From: Acidobacteriota bacterium | GTDB taxonomy: Bacteria > Acidobacteriota > Thermoanaerobaculia > Multivoradales > UBA5704 | DNA length: 64,000 nt | Assembly (NCBI GenBank): GCA_040005235.1 | Contig: JBDTZG010000007.1 | Span: 64,001 to 128,000, forward strand | Direction of reading: 5' to 3' | Shown: piece after piece, positions 9,534 to 16,684 of the stretch | Layout of the letters: each line of letters starts with the position of its first letter | How positions within the stretch are numbered: the first letter of the stretch is position 1 | The notes under the pieces: model-generated | What the model saw: the letters and a program-made list of their open reading frames with translations, nothing else | What the model was told of the DNA's origin: nothing | Database searches by the model: none | Program-made: the position numbers and the translations under genes

Positions 9534-10808
9534 TTAGGCGCGCACCCGCCGTCGTCGCAGGATCACGAACGCCCCGGCCGCGAGAAGCGCCGCGAGCGCC
9601 GCGAGGCCCGGGACCCCGAGGGCCGGGACGGCGAGCACTCCGGCCGAGAGATCCACCCGGTAGTCTTCGACCTCGCCGCCGCCTTGGGCCGGACCGTCGG
9701 GGCCGAGGACGCCGTTGGACGAGACGCGGAATCGCGCATAGGAAGTGCCCGTGGACAAGGTGCAGGGCACCGGGACCGAAAGCGTGTTCGCCCCGGGAAC
9801 CAGCGTGAGCCGCGTTGCGATCACTTCGCCGAAGTCGTTGAAGTCGCCATCGCGGTTCCAGTCGATCCAGGCGTCGAGCCGCTCGGTGAAGCTCGCGACG
9901 ATCGTGAGATCGGCGATCTCGCAGGCCACCAAGGGGGGGATCGTCACGCCGTCCTCGTCGTCTCCCGGCGTGGCGCAGGTGCCGGTGGTGAGGTTGCCCG
10001 GGGCGTTGTCGTCGCCCGTTCCGTCGAACGGCATGCGGGCGCCCGATTCGGAATCGACGCAGGCGCCGAGGTAGAGAGGGTTGCCTCCCACCGAGTGGGT
10101 CGGCCCGTTCGAAGCCAGAGCCGTGCCGTAACTGTCGGGCGCGTCGCCGAAATCGACCTCTTCAACCGTAAGGGTGTAGTCCTCGACCTCGCCGTCGGCC
10201 GCGGGGCCGGCCGGGCCGAGACCGCCGGCCGAGCTGATACGAAAGCGGGCGTAGGACGTTCCGGCCGAGGTGCCGCATGGCACGGGGACGTTCAAGGTGC
10301 TCGGCCCGGCCGGCACGGCGAGATTCGTCGCGATCTGCTCGCCCGCGTCGAGAAAGTCGCCGTCGCGATTCCAGTCGATCCAGGCGTCGAGCTGACCGGG
10401 CAAGCTCGCGGTGATCCCGATCTGATTCGATTGGCAGGCGACAAACGTCGAGGCGGGAAAGGTCACGCCGTCCTCGTCGTCGCCGGTATCGCAGGACCCG
10501 ATCGGCACCCCAAGGTCCGCATCGTCGCCCGTGCCGTCGAAGGGCATTCGGGCATCGTTTTCGGCGTCGGCGCAGGAACCGAGCAATAGGAGCGAATTGA
10601 ACGGATCGAGCACGTGCCGCGCGCCGTTGGCGGCGAGCGACGTGCCGTAGCTGTCGGGGGCGTCGCCGAAGTCGATCCCCCCGACTACGCCGCGGCCCAT
10701 TGCGGCTCCAATCGGTGTCGCCCCGATGGCCCCGAGCGCCGCGAGAGCGCAGAGCATTAGCGCGATGCTGCGCGCTCCGGTAAGCCTACACGCTGAAAAT
10801 CGAGTCAT
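9534..10808 (-). CDS. Surface protein with two tandem GEVED-containing repeats and IPTL-CTERM-like sorting signal
   Basis: Two copies of DFGDAPDSYGT...LDAWIDWNRDGDF...YARFR...GEVEDY; C-terminal VPALGVPGLAALAALLAAGAFVILRRRR. Confidence 0.85.
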   Translation of the reverse strand: MTRFSACRLTGARSIALMLCALAALGAIGATPIGAAMGRGVVGGIDFGDAPDSYGTSLAANGARHVLDPFNSLLLLGSCADAENDARMPFDGTGDDADLGVPIGSCDTGDDEDGVTFPASTFVACQSNQIGITASLPGQLDAWIDWNRDGDFLDAGEQIATNLAVPAGPSTLNVPVPCGTSAGTSYARFRISSAGGLGPAGPAADGEVEDYTLTVEEVDFGDAPDSYGTALASNGPTHSVGGNPLYLGACVDSESGARMPFDGTGDDNAPGNLTTGTCATPGDDEDGVTIPPLVACEIADLTIVASFTERLDAWIDWNRDGDFNDFGEVIATRLTLVPGANTLSVPVPCTLSTGTSYARFRVSSNGVLGPDGPAQGGGEVEDYRVDLSAGVLAVPALGVPGLAALAALLAAGAFVILRRRRVRA

Positions 10809-10865
10809 ACGGTCTCCCCAATGTTTCCGCTCCTCGCGTGAAATCGAAGGATAGCTTTACTGCCG

Positions 10866-11687
10866 TCAGAATGGATGCTCGAAGCTCAGATAAAGAAAAA
10901 TCGCCTTCTCGCCGTCGCTCGGGCCGACGCCGATCGGGAAGGCGATGCCGGGCACAATCTGCAATCCGCTCGGGAAGTTGTACGACCAACGGATTCCCGG
11001 GCTGATCGTCAGGCTCTCGGATTTTTCGGTGCGACCTTTGGAGATCGTCGACTCCTCGTTCGCATACACGGCTTCGAGCATCAGGTTGACGCGCGGATGG
11101 ACCGCCCAGATCAAGCTCTGTCCGAACTGGGGGGTAAAGTTGTCGGCCTTGTCGCCGAATTCGTCCTCGGCGTTGGGCGTCCAGGTGAAGCCCACGTTGG
11201 TATGAGCCGAAAGATGGGGCGAAACGACCACCGATAGCGGCAAGTTCACCTGCAAGCCGGCCGCTCCCGCGCCGCGTCCCTTTTTCTCGTCGCCGGTCGG
11301 CAACAGCAGTGTGAGCCGAGGCGAAAACGCGACCGGCGCGTTGCCGTCACCGACCAGTTGGTACCGGTAGTTGATCGCAAGGTCACCCTGACCGCCGTCG
11401 CCGCCATCGATCCCACGATCCGCATGGTCCCAAGCGAGCGTGTAGCTCAGCTGGTGCTTCGGGGAGAGGAACGGCCATTCCTGGGTGAACGTCGCGTTCC
11501 AGTCGTGGCTGTCGCGATCCTGCTCCCAGGTGGTGATGTGCTGAACCACGCCCATCTCTTGGTTGTAGGCCTCTTCGATCAGGAACGAGTTGTCCTGGAT
11601 CGGCGGGACCTCGTCGGAAGCTTGAGCAAATGTCGGGGCGGCGAGCAGGAGGGCCAAAGGGAGCGAGAGGAGGGCGAGAGGGCGCAT
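10866..11687 (-). CDS. Outer-membrane beta-barrel transporter-like protein (MetA-pathway/phenol-degradation-like)
   Basis: Signal peptide, QDNSFLIEEAYNQE, GD..INYRYQL, LPTGD, C-terminal YLSFEHPF. Confidence 0.65.
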   Translation of the reverse strand: MRPLALLSLPLALLLAAPTFAQASDEVPPIQDNSFLIEEAYNQEMGVVQHITTWEQDRDSHDWNATFTQEWPFLSPKHQLSYTLAWDHADRGIDGGDGGQGDLAINYRYQLVGDGNAPVAFSPRLTLLLPTGDEKKGRGAGAAGLQVNLPLSVVVSPHLSAHTNVGFTWTPNAEDEFGDKADNFTPQFGQSLIWAVHPRVNLMLEAVYANEESTISKGRTEKSESLTISPGIRWSYNFPSGLQIVPGIAFPIGVGPSDGEKAIFLYLSFEHPF

Positions 11688-11699
11688 GCTGCAATTATC

Positions 11700-12851
11700 T
11701 CAGATCACCACTTCCCGCGCCGGCTCGCGAAGGTTGTAGTGGGAGCTCATCGAATGGCCGTAGGCCCCGGCGGTGGCAATCAGGAGGACGTCTCCCTCGT
11801 GGGTTTCGGGGAGTAGGCGATCGACTCCGAGGACGTCGCCGGTTTCGCAGATCGGGCCGACGATCTCGACCCGCGCGGTCGGGAGCTCGCCCCAGCGGGT
11901 GAGGTTCACGATCTCTTGGTGGGCGCCGTAGAGCATCGGCCGGATCAGGGAGTTCATCCCGGTGTCGACGCCGACGTAGCGGTTTTCGCCCTTGCCCTTC
12001 ACTTGAGTGACCGTCGCGAGCAGGACCCCGGCTTCGGCCACGAGGTAGCGGCCGGGTTCGAGCCAGAGTTGAAAGCGACGCCCGGAGGTTTCCAAGTTCC
12101 TGCCTAGCGCGCGAAGCGCTTCGGCGAGCGGGGCGAGATCGAGCCGCGGTCGGTTCGCCTGGTCGGGAACGCCCAGACCGCCGCCTAGATCGAGCACAGA
12201 CACCTCGGGAAAGAGCGCGGTCGCGTCCGCGAGATCGAGAGCGGTCTCGCGCCACACCTCGGGGTCGAGAATGCCGCTGCCGGCGTGGCTGTGGAGGCCC
12301 CTGATGCGCACTCCCGCGCGACAGGCGAGATCCGCCAGCTCCGGCCACTCTTCGCGCGGGATGCCGAACTTCGACTGCGCTCCGGCGGTGCGGACGTGGG
12401 AATGGTGCCCCGCGCCGCGGCCGAGATCGAGGCGGACGAAGACCTCGCGGCCGGTCAGGCTCTCCTGCCAGTGAAGGAGCGGATGCAGGCTGTCGAGCGT
12501 CAGGTGGACGCCGGTTTCCAGCGCCTGCTCGTACTCGAGGCGCGGGGCGAAATTCGGCGTGAACAGAATTCGATCCGGCGAGACCTCGGGGCAGGCTTGG
12601 AGTACGCGCTCGATCTCGCCGGGCGAGACGCTCTCGAAGCCGAGCCCGAGCCGGGCGAACCTTCGGAGGATCTCCGGGTGCGGGTTCGCCTTCACCGCGT
12701 AGAGAAGGCGATCGAACACCCCGAGCGCCGCAAGCTCCGCGGCGGCGCGGTCGAGGCTCGCGAGATCGTAGACGTAGGCGGGACTGGCCTCAGCGGCGAG
12801 TGCGAGCAGCTCGGCGCGCCGGATGAGCCACCAGGGCTCGAAGTCGTTCAC
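11700..12851 (-). CDS. lysA: Diaminopimelate decarboxylase
   Basis: YAVKAN (PLP Lys), SKFGI, HSHAGSG, DLGGG, EPGRYLVAEAG, GPICETGD, GAYG. Confidence 0.9.
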   Translation of the reverse strand: MNDFEPWWLIRRAELLALAAEASPAYVYDLASLDRAAAELAALGVFDRLLYAVKANPHPEILRRFARLGLGFESVSPGEIERVLQACPEVSPDRILFTPNFAPRLEYEQALETGVHLTLDSLHPLLHWQESLTGREVFVRLDLGRGAGHHSHVRTAGAQSKFGIPREEWPELADLACRAGVRIRGLHSHAGSGILDPEVWRETALDLADATALFPEVSVLDLGGGLGVPDQANRPRLDLAPLAEALRALGRNLETSGRRFQLWLEPGRYLVAEAGVLLATVTQVKGKGENRYVGVDTGMNSLIRPMLYGAHQEIVNLTRWGELPTARVEIVGPICETGDVLGVDRLLPETHEGDVLLIATAGAYGHSMSSHYNLREPAREVVI

Positions 12852-12855
12852 CGGC

Positions 12856-14223
12856 TTAATGTTCCGGCAGTTCCACGGACGATTCGGACTGCACGGTGGC
12901 GCGCAGGGTTTTGACCCGATGCCCGTCGATCGCGATCACTTCGAGCAGCAGGGGGCCGAGCACGATCGAGTCGCCGACCTGCGGCACGCGGCCCAGCTCG
13001 GAAAGGACGACGCCGCCGATCGTGTCCTCGTCGCGCTCCGACAGCTCCAGGTCCAGCTCGTCTTCGAGGTCCTCGACCAGCATCGCGCCGGAGACGTGGT
13101 AGACCCCGTCGCTCCCCGCGAGCCCTTCCAGCTCCGCTGGTTCGCGGTCGAATTCGTCCTGGATCTCGCCGACGATCTCCTCGATCACGTTTTCCAGCGT
13201 GACGATGCCTGAGACCCCGCCGTATTCGTCCATCACCGCCGCCAGGTGGAACTTCTCGGCGCGCATCCGCTTGAGCAGGCGGTCGAGCTCCAGCGTTTCG
13301 GGAACGAAGACGATCGGCCGCGCAATGTCCTGGATCTTCGCGATCGGCCGGTCGGCGCGGAAAATATCCTTGATGTGGACGATCGCGATGGGGTGGTCGA
13401 GATCGCCTTCGCAAAGCGGAAAACGGGTGTGGCCGGAGCGCCGCGCGATCCGCAGGTTCTCATCCAACGGCCGTTCGGTCGACAGATAGATCACGTCGCC
13501 GCGCGGCACCATGATCTGCCGCGCCACCCGGTGCGACAGCTCGAAGATGTTGTCCAGCAGCTCGCGCTTCTGAATCGACAGGTCGCCCGCCTGCGGCCCG
13601 GAGAGAAGCAGCCGCAGCTCCTCCTCGTCGTGCGCCAGCTCGCTTTCTGATGCCGGCTGCAGGCCGACCATTCGCAGCAGCCCCTGCGCCGCCTTGTTGA
13701 GCAGCCAGATCGCCGGATAGGTCACCTTGTAGAACGCGAACAGAGGCAAGGCGATGAAGAGGCTGGTCGCCTCCGGCTTGCGGATCGCGACGGTCTTCGG
13801 CGCCTGCTCGCCGAGGACGATGTGAAGAATGGTAATCGCCAGGAACGACAGGGTCACGGCGGCCGAATGGACGAGCACCGGGTTGGTCCCGCCGGTGATC
13901 CAATCGACCACCGGGGCGACCAGCCAGGCGAAGGCCGGCTCGCCCACCCAGCCGAGCGCCAAGCTCGCGAGCGTAATGCCGAGCTGGGTGGCCGAGAGGT
14001 AGGCGTCGAGATGGCGCAGCATGTGCCGCGCGATCTCGGCGCTCTTTCCCCCTTCGGCGGCGAGAGGATCGAGCTGCGTCGGCCGCACCTTGACCAGCGC
14101 GAACTCGGCGGCGACGAAAAAACCGTTCAAGAGGATCAGGGCCGCGGCGAGCAAAAGCCCCGTCCAAGGCGCGCTAGGAGCCGCCTCGCCGGGTACAGCC
14201 GCCAGGATCAATAAAGGGATCAT
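12856..14223 (-). CDS. Hemolysin-family CNNM/CBS/CorC protein
   Basis: LNGFFVAAEFALV, QLGIT, GEQAPK, HTRFP, DEYGG..GIVTLE. Confidence 0.92.
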   Translation of the reverse strand: MIPLLILAAVPGEAAPSAPWTGLLLAAALILLNGFFVAAEFALVKVRPTQLDPLAAEGGKSAEIARHMLRHLDAYLSATQLGITLASLALGWVGEPAFAWLVAPVVDWITGGTNPVLVHSAAVTLSFLAITILHIVLGEQAPKTVAIRKPEATSLFIALPLFAFYKVTYPAIWLLNKAAQGLLRMVGLQPASESELAHDEEELRLLLSGPQAGDLSIQKRELLDNIFELSHRVARQIMVPRGDVIYLSTERPLDENLRIARRSGHTRFPLCEGDLDHPIAIVHIKDIFRADRPIAKIQDIARPIVFVPETLELDRLLKRMRAEKFHLAAVMDEYGGVSGIVTLENVIEEIVGEIQDEFDREPAELEGLAGSDGVYHVSGAMLVEDLEDELDLELSERDEDTIGGVVLSELGRVPQVGDSIVLGPLLLEVIAIDGHRVKTLRATVQSESSVELPEH

Positions 14224-14340
14224 CGGTTACAGGAGGGGGATATGCTGGGTGCCCGGCCGATCCGGCAGGCGCCAAAGCGCAGCCGAAGGGTGGTGTACGA
14301 ACTCGGAGGGTCGTCGTTCAAAGCGCGATCGAGTCTAGCA

Positions 14341-15126
14341 TTACTCCGAAAACGGCGCGCTTCTGACCCGCCCCGCGAACCCCAGCCGGCAAAGTCCAGC
14401 CAAGCGGGTATGCGAGTGCAATCCCGCATCGCACAAGAGCGTCGCGGCCAACTCCTTTGACAGCCCGAGCCGCGGATGCCGCTCGAGTACTTCTGCCCGC
14501 GTCGCCGCCGCGACCTCGCCGAAGCGCAGCCCCACGACGTCGAGCCCGGAGCCCTGGCGTAGCAGGTGCGCTTCGGGGCCTTCTTCCCTCGAAACGGTCG
14601 GATTTAGATGCAGGCAGATCGCCTCGGCAAGGATCTCGGCGCGAAGCGTGGTCCACCCCTCCCGCCGGGCGAAGCGCTCCGCCGCCTCGGCACCCGAAAG
14701 GGCGAAGCAGGCGACCTGGCCCTGCGGAGCGAATCTCTCGGTGAGGCCAAGGTCGTGCAGCAGACTCGCGACGTAGAACAGCTCGGCGTCGTACCTCACT
14801 CCGTCGCGCGCGGCGAGGAGAGCGCCCCAGAGATAGGTGCGGTGGCAATGATCGGCGAGCGCCGGGGTTGAATGTTCTGTGCAAAGGGCTGCGGCGGCGA
14901 CCGCGATCGGCGTACCCGGCAGCGGGATCTCCCCGAGCGCCAGGGCGATCTGCTTCGGACCGGCAAAACCCAGCCGGCGCAGAGCGCGTTCGGTTTCAGA
15001 ACGCAGAGTCCGGCCGATCGTCGCCCGGGCGTAGGCGAACCTCTCGCCCGCGCTTAGGCGCCCGCCATTGCGTCGAGCCCAAGCGAGCGCCCCTATGCGG
15101 CTTCGGTGATCGGATTCGTCGGTCAC
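14341..15126 (-). CDS. HD-domain protein (cyanamide-hydratase-like)
   Basis: GTG start after GAGGAG; HCHRTY...ASLLHDLGL, AICLH, G..LDVVG. Confidence 0.75.
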   Translation of the reverse strand: MTDESDHRSRIGALAWARRNGGRLSAGERFAYARATIGRTLRSETERALRRLGFAGPKQIALALGEIPLPGTPIAVAAAALCTEHSTPALADHCHRTYLWGALLAARDGVRYDAELFYVASLLHDLGLTERFAPQGQVACFALSGAEAAERFARREGWTTLRAEILAEAICLHLNPTVSREEGPEAHLLRQGSGLDVVGLRFGEVAAATRAEVLERHPRLGLSKELAATLLCDAGLHSHTRLAGLCRLGFAGRVRSAPFSE

Positions 15127-15145
15127 AGGATTCTCCTCTAAGGAT

Positions 15146-15157
15146 ACGGACGTTCGT
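15146..15157. promoter_or_regulatory. Putative TetR operator, copy 2
   Basis: ACGGACGTTCGT, an imperfect palindrome identical to 15808-15819, just upstream of the HD gene. Confidence 0.65.
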
Positions 15158-15200
15158 GTTTTATGGGACCCCAAGGCTACATCAGGACAGAAAAGCGCTT

Positions 15201-15791
15201 CTACGCCGCGCTCCTCACGAGTAGATCGTTCGAAGCGGCTCGTGCCAGGGCAAAACCTTCTTCCGTCTTCCCCAGACCGCGCCAGACCAGCACGCCGAGT
15301 TGCGAGCTCAAGAGCTCGAAAGCGAAGCGCCGTGAATTGAGCTCCGCCCGCAGCTCGCCGCGCGCAATTGCTTCCACCGCCAGGCGCTCGATCAGGTCGA
15401 GATACCGCCCATACTGTCCGGCGACCGCGCCTCGCGCCTCTACCTCCTCCAGATTGTCCAACTCCAACAGAGCATTGGTGAAGAAGCAGCCCCCTTCGAA
15501 CGTCTCGGCCGCCAGATAGGAGAACCAGGCGTCGGTGAGGGTGCGCAGCCGTTCGAGCCCGGGCGGGCGGGCAAAGATCGGTTCGACCACGGCGCCGCGG
15601 AAGATCTCTGCCGCCCGCTCGACCACCGCGGCCTGAAGCGTGGCTTTGGAAGGGAAGTGCGCGCAGATCCCCCCCTTCGACATCGCGACCGCCGCCGCGA
15701 CGCCGCCGATTGAAAGCCCGTCCAAACCCTTCACCGAAGCGATCTGCACCGCCCGGTCGAGAATCGATTCCCGAGAATTGTCGCGCGCCAT
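15201..15791 (-). CDS. TetR/AcrR-family transcriptional regulator
   Basis: ILDRA..IAS.KGLDGLSIG.VA..V.MSKGG...HF.SK HTH; GGCFF C-terminal motif. Confidence 0.92.
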   Translation of the reverse strand: MARDNSRESILDRAVQIASVKGLDGLSIGGVAAAVAMSKGGICAHFPSKATLQAAVVERAAEIFRGAVVEPIFARPPGLERLRTLTDAWFSYLAAETFEGGCFFTNALLELDNLEEVEARGAVAGQYGRYLDLIERLAVEAIARGELRAELNSRRFAFELLSSQLGVLVWRGLGKTEEGFALARAASNDLLVRSAA

Positions 15792-15797
15792 GGCAGG

Positions 15798-15826
15798 AGT
15801 CTACAAAACGGACGTTCGTATTTCAA
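15798..15826 (-). promoter_or_regulatory. sigma-70 promoter of tetR with operator in the spacer
   Basis: TTGAAA-17 nt-TAGACT on the minus strand, 6 nt from the ATG; overlapped by palindrome AAAACGGACGTTCGTATTT. Confidence 0.7.
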
Positions 15827-15834
15827 GATGAGGG

Positions 15835-15862
15835 CCGGCGGGTGATCACGTTCACCCGCCGG
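15835..15862 (-). terminator. GC hairpin after RiPP precursor gene
   Basis: Perfect 11-bp stem CCGGCGGGTGA-N6-TCACCCGCCGG; weak U-tail. Confidence 0.5.
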
Positions 15863-15873
15863 GGCTGCGAGGG

Positions 15874-16077
15874 TCAGTAGGGATTCACCGTACAACCCGC
15901 GCCGCAGGTGAGGACGATCGTCTGGGGCGGGCAGAACCTCGTGGGACAAAGGTTGGTCGGGCAGAACAGGCTCGGCGTGATTCCGATCTCGCCACCTTGG
16001 GCGGCCGCGAGCGGCGAGAGGTCGAGGACGGCGAGGGTTTCGCGGTGGAGGGTGAGACGGGAGGCTTTCTTCTTCAT
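15874..16077 (-). CDS. Putative RiPP (lanthipeptide-like) precursor
   Basis: Leader MKKKASRLTLHRETL...L...GG; 38-aa core with 5 Cys and 7 Ser/Thr; GGAG RBS. Confidence 0.75.
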   Translation of the reverse strand: MKKKASRLTLHRETLAVLDLSPLAAAQGGEIGITPSLFCPTNLCPTRFCPPQTIVLTCGAGCTVNPY

Positions 16078-16327
16078 GGCTCGATCTCCAGAAGTTTTTG
16101 AGTGAAGCCGGCCTCCTCATGAGGCCGACCGCTGATCTGCGGAACGACCTTCACTTTAGGGGGCCGAGGCGAGGGGGCGCCTCTCCCGAAAGTCTGGATT
16201 TGGGGCAGACGAAAGTCAGGGTTGCGGGGACGATCGAGCCGCTCTTCGTGGCGAGCGAGTCGCACCAAGCGGCGCCGGCTTTCGCCGACGCCGATCCGAA
16301 TCCGTAGGAGACCCTAGTAGGGTACTG

Positions 16328-16601
16328 GAGTGCCGAATTCGGTTTTCTGGGTGAGCGGAGCGTTTTTCTGAGTGCCGAATTCGCTTTGCGCCCTGGAAAT
16401 TGACGTTTTGAGTCAGCCGAGGGGTTTCGGCGATCAGGAAACCGAATTCGGCGGTGAGCGAAGGGGTTTGCTGGCCGAGAAAAGGCCTCGCGGCGGTCAG
16501 AAAATGGATTTGGCGGTCGCGAAGTGGATTCCGGAGTTAGAAAATCGAATTCGGCGCTCAGAAAAACGCTCCGCGCGCTCGCCAAAGCAAATTCGGCGCT
16601 C
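16328..16601. repeat. Degenerate about 21-bp periodic array with 63-bp inverted arms
   Basis: Units such as CAGAAAATCGAATTCGGCGCT; 16355-16383 is the reverse complement of 16546-16574 at 28/29 positions. Confidence 0.8.
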
Positions 16602-16684
16602 AGCTTTCGGGGCTCGACGGTCGGAACCCTTCACCGGGATAGGATCTCCCCTCGTTCGATCACCCCCCGGGGAGGAGCCTCACC

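Noticed and set aside
16151-16585. 144-aa minus-strand ORF with heptad-like pattern (and + strand ORF 16372-16764)
   Set aside because: By-product of the 21-bp array; no RBS, no recognisable domain, both strands equally open
16328-16601. Possible CRISPR array
   Set aside because: No constant repeat with unique spacers, period too short, no cas genes
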